From: a virus
Lineage: Duplodnaviria; Caudoviricetes
Strand: one strand, 5' to 3'
Virus record (IMG/VR): IMGVR_UViG_2588253904_000003
Span: 12,061-76,060 of that record
DNA length: 64,000 nt
Shown: positions 11,400 through 21,786 of the stretch, piece by piece
How the letters are laid out: every line of letters begins with the position of its first letter
Numbering within the stretch: the first letter of the stretch is position 1
Made by a program: the position numbers and the translations under genes
The notes under the pieces: model-generated
What the model was told of the DNA's origin: nothing
Seen by the model: the letters and a program-made list of their open reading frames with translations, nothing else
The model's database searches: none

Positions 11400-12170
11400 C
11401 TATTCGTTAAATAAATGATTGCCGCCCAATCTCCTGGGCAGCGTTCTTTTTCTTTTCGGCTCCCGTGGATTCCCAAATGGGAAATATTCACGGCCCGTAA
11501 TTAAAGGCAACCTCCTCTCTCTGATTTCTTTTTCTTCCTCCCGTGGTATCTCCGGATCCTTCAGCGGGAAATACTGATCACCCAACCTGAAGGGAAGCCT
11601 TCTCAATTCTGTTACCACCTGAGGCTCTTCATATGCTGAAGGGGCTTTGAATGGATAATATGCCCCGCCCAACCTTGTGCCCAATCCAAAGGGGAGCCTG
11701 AGCCGCTCCGGCTCTTTTGGCCGTGGTATCCTTGGATTCTTCAAGGGATAATAAAAAGCCCCCAAACGAAAAGGGAGCTTTACTGGCCGTGTGTAGAGGT
11801 TCCACATAACCTCATACAGCTTCAGGCAGGCCGATTCTAACCGGTTTAGATCGTCATAGCCAATAAATGCACCATTCTCCTCATATACCGTTTTTTGGCC
11901 TATCTCGCAATTTACAAAGGCATTGATCGCCTCCAAATTATCTGAAAGAGTGTTTATTTCATCAGCAAAAGGGTATTCCTCATATTTCCGATCCGGCATT
12001 GCCCTCACAAATACCGGCCAAAACTTACGGGCCACGGCCCCCAAAAATTCAATATTATTCTTGATCCGGTTAAAGTCCACGGTGTTGAAATAATCCCCGG
12101 CATAGTTCCCGGCTTCATCCTGCCGGGCCATCCAGTCTGTTTTTGGTGTTATCCATTCCATTTCACACAT
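11400..12170 (-). CDS. Minor tail protein with C-terminal LPFRLG repeats
   Basis: 'WITPKTDW...DFNRIKNN' N-terminus; position in tail module. Confidence 0.7.
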   Translation of the reverse strand: MCEMEWITPKTDWMARQDEAGNYAGDYFNTVDFNRIKNNIEFLGAVARKFWPVFVRAMPDRKYEEYPFADEINTLSDNLEAINAFVNCEIGQKTVYEENGAFIGYDDLNRLESACLKLYEVMWNLYTRPVKLPFRLGAFYYPLKNPRIPRPKEPERLRLPFGLGTRLGGAYYPFKAPSAYEEPQVVTELRRLPFRLGDQYFPLKDPEIPREEEKEIRERRLPLITGREYFPFGNPREPKRKRTLPRRLGGNHLFNE

Positions 12171-14403
12171 GCCTCCTTGCCACCAGTGTGCCGCTCAGGG
12201 CCCCGGAATAGTTCAGGCCTACATCTTCAAGCCTTATCATTAAATTCTCTACATACCGGCTTTCTAGGTATGCAAGATCATTGGTATCCAGGATCGGATC
12301 TCCCCGGTACTTCAATTCATACTGATTGCCGCCCTTGTAGTAGGCCCCCACCCATTCCACCAGGTTCTTAGCGTCCTCTGCTGAGCTTATGAGCGGATTA
12401 TTCCAGGTTTGAATGCTGCCGCTGTTATTCAGCTTTGTGGTTTCCTGAGAAGTGGTGATGTTGTACTCATATCCCCGCACCGTGATCACCGTCTTGGTAT
12501 CCTTGGCCGGGGGCTTTGTGATCCTGACTTTGCACCAGTAAGAGCTACTTTCCACCACCACGGCCCCAAAATCCTGAAGAGCCTCATTTATCATGCACAC
12601 CGCTGAGAGGTTATGCACCGCATTACCGAAATTTATTTCAAATTCCCTCACTTCTCCTGCTGCCAATATGGTTTCTTCCGTTGTGAGATCCTTCAGCTCT
12701 GTGCCTCTTGTGTAGATTGTTCGGATCACCCTCAGCTCCTTCACCTTTTCCAGTTTGGTGCCGTTGGGTGTGGCCGTTAGATCGTCATAGGTGAGCCTAT
12801 AATCCGTCTGACTTCCAAAAAGAATCTGCTTCAGGTGGATCCGGTTATGCGGCTTTGCCCTGGTAAATTCAATTTCTATTTTGTCGGTGTCTATAAAATC
12901 ATAGTAAACTATGGTTTTTTCCGTGATACTCTTACTTTTGAACCGCTTCAGGCGCTTCCCATCGTTGAATGTGGTGATCGTAAATTCCACCGGCTGAATG
13001 CTTCCGAAAAGAAGAGTTAAGTTGTAAAAGGTATAGGCGCTTTCCATGGTGAGGGTGATCACCGGGTTCTCCTCAAAATATCCCTCCTCATTGCTTATGG
13101 ATTCGCTTACATAGCCCACCTCCATGAAATTCTTCCCCCTGGGCATAAAATACTGCTGCCTGCCTACCTGGGAATAATTCTGCTCAAATGCTGCATATTC
13201 AGAATATGGCCGCTCTTTCAGCAGGCACTCAATACTGCCGTACTCTGCCACCTGGTTTGCCGCCACCTCCTTCTCCGGCTCAAAAGAGGATTTCAGCATG
13301 ATAATTCCATCCCGGTTTTGCATCACCACGCTTCTCCCGGCATTGGCAATGAGCTGAAGGCATTCCTTGTGTTTCACCATGGGCAGCGGATTGTATACTA
13401 TAACCTTTTTCAGATATGGATCGATCCAGTACCCCTCCGGGAGCACACCCGCATCCTCAAACACGTCCACCGCCAAATCAAAAAGAGAGATACCTTCAGG
13501 CCGGTACTCTCCCCTTTTATATTCATCATTCATATACTCAAAAATATCCACAGCGCCAAACTTTGCCAGTTTATCATCAGCACTCCACTCCTGCATGAAG
13601 AGAGTGCCTCCCTTTACCCACTCAATGCTTCCATTGTTCAGGGTGTACCCGTAATATACAGCCATTTCCTGGCCGGTTTCCATGTAGTTGATGGCACTGT
13701 CATCATTATCCACATTATAGTATTTATCCATGTTTTCTATGGTCACGCTAAAGTCAACGCTTGGCAGGCTCTCCGATATAGGGGAAATGTGGCTCTTCAT
13801 TTCAGCGCTCACTATCTTCTCATTGTCAAACGTGATTCCGATCCCAAATACGATATTTAGGATCCGGAACCTGGCGATCCCGTTTTTCATTTTCCTTGGA
13901 TATATTTTCATAAATGTGGTGTTGTTGAAGGTGTCCTCTGTCTTGAATGTGGGTGAATCGTTCTCATAGTTGAAAATGCCTTCATCCGTTTCCACCGTGA
14001 GCTCCACCGGGTAAGCCTCCCCCAATTCCAGGGTGAGGCCCTTTATATCCAATGGATCCAGTGTATTGAAATGAATGATAACCACCGGCTGCTGCCCCTG
14101 GCCGCATAATGCCTCTGTTACCATACCGGCATTATAAAAGCTCTTCCCCGGCCCATTCCTGGGCAGGAAATACATGGAGCGATCCACCTTTGAAAAATCA
14201 TTCTCATAGGTTGCATAGATTTTATTCACCGCCTCTGTGCTCAGAGGCTTAATGAGATCGGCAAAATATGTATATCCTACATTCTGCACCTCTGCCGCCG
14301 TTTGGGCCGCCTGGTTTATCAGGCCCAGGCTGATCCTCATATATGATTTATTGCGGGCCGCCTGCTTCATGCCCTCCTTGTACTCGGTACTTACATATTG
14401 CAT
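12163..14403 (-). CDS. Large tail/baseplate protein
   Basis: 746 aa after distal tail gene; internally duplicated 'Y..E..(F/Y)S.V...YF.PR' motif. Confidence 0.75.
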   Translation of the reverse strand: MQYVSTEYKEGMKQAARNKSYMRISLGLINQAAQTAAEVQNVGYTYFADLIKPLSTEAVNKIYATYENDFSKVDRSMYFLPRNGPGKSFYNAGMVTEALCGQGQQPVVIIHFNTLDPLDIKGLTLELGEAYPVELTVETDEGIFNYENDSPTFKTEDTFNNTTFMKIYPRKMKNGIARFRILNIVFGIGITFDNEKIVSAEMKSHISPISESLPSVDFSVTIENMDKYYNVDNDDSAINYMETGQEMAVYYGYTLNNGSIEWVKGGTLFMQEWSADDKLAKFGAVDIFEYMNDEYKRGEYRPEGISLFDLAVDVFEDAGVLPEGYWIDPYLKKVIVYNPLPMVKHKECLQLIANAGRSVVMQNRDGIIMLKSSFEPEKEVAANQVAEYGSIECLLKERPYSEYAAFEQNYSQVGRQQYFMPRGKNFMEVGYVSESISNEEGYFEENPVITLTMESAYTFYNLTLLFGSIQPVEFTITTFNDGKRLKRFKSKSITEKTIVYYDFIDTDKIEIEFTRAKPHNRIHLKQILFGSQTDYRLTYDDLTATPNGTKLEKVKELRVIRTIYTRGTELKDLTTEETILAAGEVREFEINFGNAVHNLSAVCMINEALQDFGAVVVESSSYWCKVRITKPPAKDTKTVITVRGYEYNITTSQETTKLNNSGSIQTWNNPLISSAEDAKNLVEWVGAYYKGGNQYELKYRGDPILDTNDLAYLESRYVENLMIRLEDVGLNYSGALSGTLVARRHV

Positions 14404-14413
14404 ACTGCATCAC

Positions 14414-14785
14414 CTACATTTCAATTAAGTTTACTGTAAAATCTTTATATACCGGCCTCCCCTCCTCATAGGTGTAAATGGGTGTTTTTCTATCCCCGGC
14501 ATACATTTCCAGGCTTCCTCCGGCATTTTGATCCGGTATGAAAAAATTCACGCTCAGCCCAAACTTTTTCTTTATTGCCCGCCTTATTACCATGTATTCA
14601 TCCGGCCTGAGCACGAACCATTTACACTCAATTTTATGCACGTCCTCCCGTATGATCTGAGATACCATTTTCCCGTTGGCATTTCTCTCACTCTCCGATA
14701 TGTCATAATCGGATATAGTCATCTGAGAGGGATCGGGGAGAGATACCCCGCCCACAATCAGAATATTATGATATTTTGCCGCCAT
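14414..14785 (-). CDS. Distal tail protein (DUF6711-like)
   Basis: 'LPDPS...RNANGKM...YAGDR' directly after TMP. Confidence 0.7.
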   Translation of the reverse strand: MAAKYHNILIVGGVSLPDPSQMTISDYDISESERNANGKMVSQIIREDVHKIECKWFVLRPDEYMVIRRAIKKKFGLSVNFFIPDQNAGGSLEMYAGDRKTPIYTYEEGRPVYKDFTVNLIEM

Positions 14786-14803
14786 GCGTTCTCTCTCCCC
14801 TCC

Positions 14804-17800
14804 TTATGCGTTGGCCATCTGATAGCCTTTTCTCCGTCTGTATTTGTCTGTTTGTTCCACCAGTGTTTTACTGTCAAGCAATACGGTTGTGTGAATTGTC
14901 TGCCACTCCTCAGCGCCATCCATTTCTCCAATGATAGCCCTCAGATTCATTGAGATAATTTCCCCAATCCTGGCCGCCACCTTATCCATCCATCCGGTGT
15001 TGTTTTCAAGTGGCACAACCGCCTCCTGCCCGGCCTCTCCTACCATTGCAATAGTGGCCTGGTCTACCACACCGCCCTTTGCAAGCCTTGGAATGGATAT
15101 ATTGCCTATTGTGGAGATATTAAAGCCAAATGTTTTCCCTCCTATCTCCGGCACCCAATCCGGCACATCAAAGCTCAGGTTATTCAGCGCCCGGATCATT
15201 CCGTTAATACCATTGATCACTCCGTTTGCCATTTTCTCAATTCCTCCAATTATGGAATTTATCACCCCTTTTATAGAGCTCCAAATGCCATTGAAGATAT
15301 TGATCACCGTGGTTTTCATGCTCTCCCACATATTACTCCACGTTGTTTTGATACTGCTCAGGGCTGTGCTTATTCCGCTCTGAATCGTTCCCATTATCGT
15401 GGTGATCGTGCTCTTTATAGCATTGAAAATGGTATTTACGGTTGTTTTGATACTATTCAGGATTGTGCTAAAAGTGGTTTTGATACTATTCAGCACAGTG
15501 CTGATCGTAGTGCTCACCGCATTTATGATTGTGGTGATCGTGCTCTTTATGGCATTGAAAACCGTTGTAACTGTATTTTTTATACTTTCCAGTATCGTGC
15601 TGAATGTAGTCTTGATCGCATTCAGTACGGTGCTGAGTGTGGTGCTTATTGTGTTTATGGTTGTGGTTATGAAGGCCTTGATTGCATTGAATACGGTTGT
15701 AACTGTATTTTTTATGCTTTCCAGTATTGTGCTGAATGTAGTCTTGATGATATTCAACACAGTGCTGAGCGTGGTGCTTATGGTATTGATTGTTGTAGTT
15801 ATGAAGGTTTTGATTGCATTAAAAATTGTTGTTACTGTATTCTTTATGCTCTCAAAAATCGTGCTGAAGGTTGTTTTTATCGCATTCAGTACAGTGCTTA
15901 TGATCGTGCTTATCGTGTTGATCGTGGTGCTGATTATGCTTTTTATGGCATTCCACACTGTATTTATGAGAGTTTTGATCGCCTCCCAAATGGTTGAAAA
16001 AATGGTTTTGATTGTGTTCAGCACCGCACTGATAACTGAAGAGATTACTCCCAGGGCCGTGGAAATAATGGCCTTGATCGCACTCCACACAGCGCTCACT
16101 ATATTCTTTATGGCATCCCATATTGCAGAGAAAAAGGTTTTAATTCCTTCCCATGCCCTCTGCCAGTCACCAGTAAACACTCCGGCTATAAAATCAATCA
16201 GGCCGCCCAATGCGTCAAATATATTCCCGATCACATCAGCAACCACACCGGCCACTGTCAGGAAAACACTTCCCACCGTATCCAGGGCCGCCGCTATGTA
16301 CGGGGCCACCGTGGCAATAAACCACTCAATGAATGGCTGAAGCGTCTGCTCCCAAATATCCTTTATTGCATCCGCTATCTTTCCGATCAGTTCCAGGCCC
16401 TTGTTAATTGCGGGCTGTATGTGTTCATCAATCAGCGGCTTCACCTTCGCCTGAAGGCCTTCCAGTACCGGGAGAATATATGAGTTATATGCATCCAGTA
16501 ATTTCCCGGTTATGCTGCTGAGCCCTGCTGCCAGTGAGCTGAACATGGGGGCCACATGCTGATCGTACACCTCATTCGCCTTGCTAAAGGTGTCATCCAC
16601 CACTTGCTTGATATTCCCCAAAAAGCCGCTCAGCACTCCCAGGGTGCCATTCAGGGCCGTTTTAAATTTATCCTGATTATCTATAAAGGGCCTTGTGATT
16701 ATATCCGTTATATCCCGGTACAGCTTAGCCCCGATCTCGGCTGCACCCATGGCCGCATTGGCAAAAATCCCTATTATGTTGGCCGTTACCTGCTGCCCGT
16801 TCTCTCTTCCAAATACAGAGAAGATATTGGCCGCCGCCTGAGCAAAATCCCCCTGCATCTTCACAATTTCTGAGCTTATATCAAACATGCTAACAATGTG
16901 CTGCTTGATCCGCTCTTTGTTCTGATCCAGGTACTTATTCAGGCCGCCCAATAGGTTTGTGGCTATCGTGATCCCTATGCTCGCCGCCGCTCCTGCCTGC
17001 TGCCCCAAAGAATAGGCCCATGTATTCAGGAAATTATTGGCCGCTTGCAATACGGCGGGATCCGTCCAAATCTCTTTCAGGCTCTTCTTAATTCCTTCAA
17101 TGGCCTGCTTTAAAGGCTCCAGGGTTACATCTCCCAGGCCTGCCTTAAATCCCTTCTTGAAGAGCTCGGCAAGCTCCTTCATCCGGTTCCAAATCTTTTC
17201 CAGTACCGGGTTCAGTGTTGCGTCTGCTTCGTTTGCTGCATCCACAATACTCTCTGAGAGCGCTCCTCCTGAAGCTCCTCCTCCACCGCCTCCCCCGGAT
17301 CCGTCGCTTCCGCTGTCCTCTGCTGCCTTTGTAAGGCTGTGAATTTCATCAAAGGAAGCCAGGCCATGAAAAGCCTCCTCTGCCTTTTTTGCGGATTTCC
17401 CGGCCTTATCCGTGGCCCCTGAGAGGCTTCCCGCTGAATCCGTTGCTGAATCCAGGGCCCCTCCCATTTCATTCACTGAGGTTGTGGTTTTGGTATTCTT
17501 TCCGGTGATCTTCGCTATGAAATTGCTGAAGGCATCGGTTACGGTCAAAATCTTTGCAAGTAGCTGATTGAGCACCCGGATCACCGGTGTTAATACAGCA
17601 ATAAGTCCCTGCCCAATGGCCGCCTTTAAAGCATTAAATCTCTCAGTAAGCACCCGCACCTGGTTAGCCCACCCATCTGAAGTGCGGGCAAAATCGCCTT
17701 GTGCGTCCTTTGTCACTGATAACAGATAGTTGTACCTGAGGATCGCCTGCTCCTGCTGTGACATTGCATTATAAGCCTTTGTTATTCCCTGGCTGAGTGC

Positions 17801-18385
17801 GTATGCCTCCATATTGGCCACGGACATATTGATCCCCAACTGCTTCAGCGGTTCGGTTTCTCCTGATATTCCGGCCCGGATCTTCTCAAATGCCGCATCA
17901 TTTTCCAGGTTATAAAAAGAGGCCATATCTGCCGCAAGCCCCGCCATTTCCATAGACATTTCAGCCGCCTGGTTTGTGGCTATTCCCATGGATTTCAGCA
18001 TCGCCCCTAATGTTGAGGTGTACTTCTTTGCGCTTGTTTCAGATAGGCCAAATTGTTCAAGTGCATCCCTGGCAAAATGGTTGATTGTTTCAGACATGGC
18101 CCCAAACGTGACATCCACCACGTTCTGCACCTCTGCAAGGGCAGAGCCCAACTCAATGCAGCTCTTTCCAAAACTGATCAGTGCCGTTACAGAAAAAGCA
18201 ACGGCCACCGCCTTCCCAATCTTGCCAAATGCACTCTTTATTTTTTCTGTTTGTCTTTCAACTGCACTGGTTGCTTTTTTGGTCTGCTGCTGTACTTTTT
18301 GCAGCTCCTCATAGTATGCCCGTGTTTGGGCCTCAATGATTACTTGCAGCCGTTCCAGCGTCATTCCTTCCACTGTTCTCTTCAC
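14804..18385 (-). CDS. Tape measure protein
   Basis: 1193 aa; amphipathic 11-aa repeats; C-terminal 'LAKGGV...GEAGQEAVVPL'. Confidence 0.92.
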   Translation of the reverse strand: MKRTVEGMTLERLQVIIEAQTRAYYEELQKVQQQTKKATSAVERQTEKIKSAFGKIGKAVAVAFSVTALISFGKSCIELGSALAEVQNVVDVTFGAMSETINHFARDALEQFGLSETSAKKYTSTLGAMLKSMGIATNQAAEMSMEMAGLAADMASFYNLENDAAFEKIRAGISGETEPLKQLGINMSVANMEAYALSQGITKAYNAMSQQEQAILRYNYLLSVTKDAQGDFARTSDGWANQVRVLTERFNALKAAIGQGLIAVLTPVIRVLNQLLAKILTVTDAFSNFIAKITGKNTKTTTSVNEMGGALDSATDSAGSLSGATDKAGKSAKKAEEAFHGLASFDEIHSLTKAAEDSGSDGSGGGGGGGASGGALSESIVDAANEADATLNPVLEKIWNRMKELAELFKKGFKAGLGDVTLEPLKQAIEGIKKSLKEIWTDPAVLQAANNFLNTWAYSLGQQAGAAASIGITIATNLLGGLNKYLDQNKERIKQHIVSMFDISSEIVKMQGDFAQAAANIFSVFGRENGQQVTANIIGIFANAAMGAAEIGAKLYRDITDIITRPFIDNQDKFKTALNGTLGVLSGFLGNIKQVVDDTFSKANEVYDQHVAPMFSSLAAGLSSITGKLLDAYNSYILPVLEGLQAKVKPLIDEHIQPAINKGLELIGKIADAIKDIWEQTLQPFIEWFIATVAPYIAAALDTVGSVFLTVAGVVADVIGNIFDALGGLIDFIAGVFTGDWQRAWEGIKTFFSAIWDAIKNIVSAVWSAIKAIISTALGVISSVISAVLNTIKTIFSTIWEAIKTLINTVWNAIKSIISTTINTISTIISTVLNAIKTTFSTIFESIKNTVTTIFNAIKTFITTTINTISTTLSTVLNIIKTTFSTILESIKNTVTTVFNAIKAFITTTINTISTTLSTVLNAIKTTFSTILESIKNTVTTVFNAIKSTITTIINAVSTTISTVLNSIKTTFSTILNSIKTTVNTIFNAIKSTITTIMGTIQSGISTALSSIKTTWSNMWESMKTTVINIFNGIWSSIKGVINSIIGGIEKMANGVINGINGMIRALNNLSFDVPDWVPEIGGKTFGFNISTIGNISIPRLAKGGVVDQATIAMVGEAGQEAVVPLENNTGWMDKVAARIGEIISMNLRAIIGEMDGAEEWQTIHTTVLLDSKTLVEQTDKYRRRKGYQMANA

Positions 18386-18797
18386 CTCGCTCCTTGGCCA
18401 ATCGTTCCCTCATAGCCATGTTGTGCCTGAAGATAAAGTCATCCATTCTTGCCTTGTGTAACTCCATTTCCGGGCTCAGTTTGCGCTTATCCCCTGCATC
18501 TTCCTGCTCGGTGAAATTTGTCTTTTCCTCCTCATTTCCAAATAATTCCGGGTAATATTCTTTCGGGAGCCGGATCGCCACTTTATTATCCATAAGCCTG
18601 CCAACCACATTGCCGATCTGAAGGGCCTGGTTGAAGAGGAGCATGATCTGATCCTTCAGTTCTGCCTCCCGTTTCTTCTGTTCGTGCTCTTTCCTCCTGG
18701 CATAGCTTTCCAGGAGATCGCTCACCTCTCCAAAACTCAGCTCCCAAAAATATTCAGGGCCATACCCGGCATCTAAAAATACCGGATACAGCCCCAT
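18333..18797 (-). CDS. Tail assembly chaperone, second ORF
   Basis: 'P.YFWELSFGEV' motif; lies just before TMP. Confidence 0.7.
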   Translation of the reverse strand: MGLYPVFLDAGYGPEYFWELSFGEVSDLLESYARRKEHEQKKREAELKDQIMLLFNQALQIGNVVGRLMDNKVAIRLPKEYYPELFGNEEEKTNFTEQEDAGDKRKLSPEMELHKARMDDFIFRHNMAMRERLAKERGEENSGRNDAGTAASNH

Positions 18798-18826
18798 TAT
18801 TGCCTCTGATACTGATTCAGGCTCTT

Positions 18827-19330
18827 TTACATGGTTTCCTGTGCCTCCTGAAGGGCCTCCCCCATCTGATTGCTCAGGTTTACAGAGAAAAAACCGCTCA
18901 CTGTGAAAATCTCCATGTATACTGTCATGTAAAATGACAACTGAGAGCCTCCCTCCTCAATGTATCTGTTGAAAATATCCATCACCCCGTTTTTGGTGAT
19001 CCCGTGGTTCCAATCCTTCATAGCCGCATGGGCCACATCCAACATTACAGAGAGAGCGGGCATACCGCCCTGGCCGGATCCCATTATATTCATTAAGTTT
19101 GTTTTATACTTGCTTTCAAGCTCCACAATGGCAGAGGTTTTCAGCTTCAGCTTGTAGCTCTGCCCTCCTACCTCCCACAGTGCAAAGGGCTTTCTTTTGG
19201 GCATTTCAACCACTTTGCTCTCCTCTGCCTCTCCTGCTGCCTCATTCCTCTCCATGGTTTCCTCTTCCTGGTTTGCCGCCTCTACTGCTGCCGCCATTGC
19301 GTTATCATTCTTATTCCCAAATAAATTCAT
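18827..19330 (-). CDS. Tail assembly chaperone (DUF6096-like)
   Basis: 'YKLKLKTSAIVELE...SGFF'; follows the tail tube gene. Confidence 0.75.
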   Translation of the reverse strand: MNLFGNKNDNAMAAAVEAANQEEETMERNEAAGEAEESKVVEMPKRKPFALWEVGGQSYKLKLKTSAIVELESKYKTNLMNIMGSGQGGMPALSVMLDVAHAAMKDWNHGITKNGVMDIFNRYIEEGGSQLSFYMTVYMEIFTVSGFFSVNLSNQMGEALQEAQETM

Positions 19331-19353
19331 TTTTCAATCCTCCTATACTCTTT

Positions 19354-19767
19354 TTATGCCGGATCCGTTGTTACAATCTCACTCTGAAGGGCCATATTGA
19401 GATCCCACTCCATTACACCATTCACACCGCCGCCCGATCTCTTCACAGATACCTGGGCATCGTACTCATACCGGGTGCCATCGGGCAGCTCTTCACAGAA
19501 TGAAAGTACCTCCTTTGTGGCTCCTGCCTTCCTCATTACTCTGTATGGGGAATTTTCTGAGGTATTCTCATACTTGAATTTATAAGTAAGATCACCGGCA
19601 TCTCCTATACCAAATTCATACTGCTTCACCTTATCGGCCAGGCCGGTATTTTCCACTTTTTCAGGATCATCACCTAACTCAGGGATCTCCTTCAGGCCGG
19701 TAAGGTTTGTATAATCCTCAGTAGAGCCCTTCTTTTTATATCCCAGTGTTGCACCATTCGCTAACAT
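19354..19767 (-). CDS. Major tail (tube) protein
   Basis: 'MLANGATLGY...LKEIPELG.DPEKVENT' family pattern. Confidence 0.85.
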   Translation of the reverse strand: MLANGATLGYKKKGSTEDYTNLTGLKEIPELGDDPEKVENTGLADKVKQYEFGIGDAGDLTYKFKYENTSENSPYRVMRKAGATKEVLSFCEELPDGTRYEYDAQVSVKRSGGGVNGVMEWDLNMALQSEIVTTDPA

Positions 19768-19788
19768 AGTTCTTTTACCTCCTTGTTT

Positions 19789-20148
19789 TTAATAATTGTT
19801 GTATACTCTTTCGGTATCCACATCAATAATGCCTTCATACCGCATAACCTTGTGCTTCAGGCCGGACGGATCGGGAACATCACCACATGCAATGCGCTTC
19901 AATCCCAGGGCAGATATGGCCGCATCCACCTTCAGAGCCGCCTCTGAGGTGCTTGCATTGTTCCAAATATCAAACTTATAAAGAAGATGGGCCTTGCTTT
20001 CCTTGTTATCCACCCATTCCACCACAGAATTATCCTCCTCAGTGTACTGGATAGCGGGAAGCACAGCCCACTCCTTTGGGTATGTATCACTCACATTCTC
20101 TGTAATGCCCTGGATTGCCCCATATACCTGATCTTTCACATTGATCAT
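19789..20148 (-). CDS. Tail terminator/completion protein
   Basis: Likely start MINVKDQVY at 20148; neck position. Confidence 0.7.
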   Translation of the reverse strand: MINVKDQVYGAIQGITENVSDTYPKEWAVLPAIQYTEEDNSVVEWVDNKESKAHLLYKFDIWNNASTSEAALKVDAAISALGLKRIACGDVPDPSGLKHKVMRYEGIIDVDTERVYNNY

Positions 20149-20642
20149 TGATTTCCACCAACCTCTCTCATATAATCCTTCACATCTTTTGCTATATTCT
20201 TTGTAACCGTATCCTCCATATCCTTCAATGCAGGATACATAAATGGATGCGCCGGTTGCCCTTCTGTATAATGGAAATCTCCATCCGGATCCTGCCACAC
20301 CCATCCCTCTTGTACGTGTGTTACATTTACATTAGGGGAAGTTCCTGCATGATTTGATTCTCCCACCGGCCCGGTGCCAAACTCCACAAAAACGGCATGT
20401 TTTGCATTGGAATAAACACATCCAATAATAGAGCCCTCTTCTTTTTTTACCACTGTGTGGATGCTTCTCTTTAGCTCCCCTCTCGGCACAAACGGCCAGG
20501 GGCCGGTATAAGTCGGAACATTCAGCACCGCCGCACCTCTTACTAATTCTGTTTGATCACGCATTGAGGCCATTATTGTGGGCTCAATATTCTGCATCCT
20601 CTTAATCTTTCCCATTAAGCTCTGCACACCGTTTACTGCCAT
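20145..20642 (-). CDS. HK97 gp10-like neck protein
   Basis: 'GELKRSI...AVFVEFGTG...GQPAHPFMYPAL'. Confidence 0.85.
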   Translation of the reverse strand: MAVNGVQSLMGKIKRMQNIEPTIMASMRDQTELVRGAAVLNVPTYTGPWPFVPRGELKRSIHTVVKKEEGSIIGCVYSNAKHAVFVEFGTGPVGESNHAGTSPNVNVTHVQEGWVWQDPDGDFHYTEGQPAHPFMYPALKDMEDTVTKNIAKDVKDYMREVGGNQ

Positions 20643-20968
20643 TATATTATCCTTTCCAACTCCATCACCTTCGGGCTGTACTCCGGTTTTATGGAAATGA
20701 TTTTATAATCCGGCCCGGCTTCCGGCCCCACAAACACGCATATGCCATCGCCTTCCTGCATGGCCTCAGCTCCCCCATATTCCATATTTTTGATATAGGT
20801 GAGCCTCTCTCCATACAATTCAGCCTGCACCCTGCCGCTTGCGGGCCATATGGTTGCCTTGATCTCCACCGCTTCCTCATATTCCACAATGGAGCCGCCT
20901 TCACGATCCTTCCCCGTTTTCCTCCTCCTCAGGTGGTAACTCTTCATCAGGCTCCTTCTCATACGCAT
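20642..20968 (-). CDS. Head closure protein
   Basis: Synteny; 'QAELYGERL' motif. Confidence 0.7.
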   Translation of the reverse strand: MRMRRSLMKSYHLRRRKTGKDREGGSIVEYEEAVEIKATIWPASGRVQAELYGERLTYIKNMEYGGAEAMQEGDGICVFVGPEAGPDYKIISIKPEYSPKVMELERII

Positions 20969-21257
20969 GGCCGCCGATCCTCCCTAATCTGTACCGTTTA
21001 ATCACGGTTTCAATATCTTTTGGAATCTCCGCAAATGCTGAAGATATCCCGCCTTCGCTCCGGCTTGTTTCTCCCTGCATCCCCATACGGTTATAGGCCA
21101 CAGTGGCCCATTCTCTCACCGCAGGCTTCAGCGGGTAGATCATTTTTCTCCGGTTTGCCAGGGAGAGCACCTTTTCCTCTGCCATGGACAGCAAAAGGGA
21201 GAGGAGCTCTTCATCCCCCTCTCCCGTTATCTTTTTAAGCATTTCCACATCCGTCAC
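20901..21257 (-). CDS. Head-tail connector protein
   Basis: 'YNRMG.QGETSRSEGGIS' signature. Confidence 0.85.
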   Translation of the reverse strand: MTDVEMLKKITGEGDEELLSLLLSMAEEKVLSLANRRKMIYPLKPAVREWATVAYNRMGMQGETSRSEGGISSAFAEIPKDIETVIKRYRLGRIGGHAYEKEPDEELPPEEEENGEGS

Positions 21258-21272
21258 AGTATCGCCTCCCGC

Positions 21273-21770
21273 TTAATGGTTCATAATCATGGCCACCAGG
21301 GTATCCTTATTCATGTTTGCATACCCCTGGATCCCCATTCCTTTGGCAATCTCCCTCAGCTCAGCCACCTTTTTCCCATTCAGCTCTGCAAGACGTTCAT
21401 CACCGGCACCATTCAGGGGATCATTGCCAGTTTTCTCTTCTCCGGCTCCCTCTTCCGGTTTCCCGCTGCCTTCGCCGGTTCCTTCCTGCTGCTTCTCACC
21501 GCCTTCAGCGCTTCCTCCTGCTGCCTGCTGCCCTCCATTTCCCTCTGTGAGCTTCTCAGCGCCCTCAGGAGCGGCTTTTTCGGGTTCTTTGGTATTTTCC
21601 CCCGCCTCCGGCTTTTTGGGCTCCTCCTGAGGCTTATTTGCCGCCTTCCCTTCAAGCTCCTCCCTGGTTGCTGCTACCAAATAATGATCCGTATCTTTCC
21701 GGCATACCTTAATGGCATCCGCATTATGGCACTCCTGAATGCTTCCGTTTTTCTTGTTATAGATGAACAT
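21273..21770 (-). CDS. Phage protein with C-terminal Rho-N/HeH domain
   Basis: 'KVAELREIAKGMGIQGYANMNKDTLV'. Confidence 0.75.
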   Translation of the reverse strand: MFIYNKKNGSIQECHNADAIKVCRKDTDHYLVAATREELEGKAANKPQEEPKKPEAGENTKEPEKAAPEGAEKLTEGNGGQQAAGGSAEGGEKQQEGTGEGSGKPEEGAGEEKTGNDPLNGAGDERLAELNGKKVAELREIAKGMGIQGYANMNKDTLVAMIMNH

Positions 21771-21786
21771 TATTGGCCCTCCTTCC

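Noticed and set aside
15399-16340. 313-aa hydrophobic + strand ORF
   Set aside because: Antisense shadow of the tape-measure repeats.
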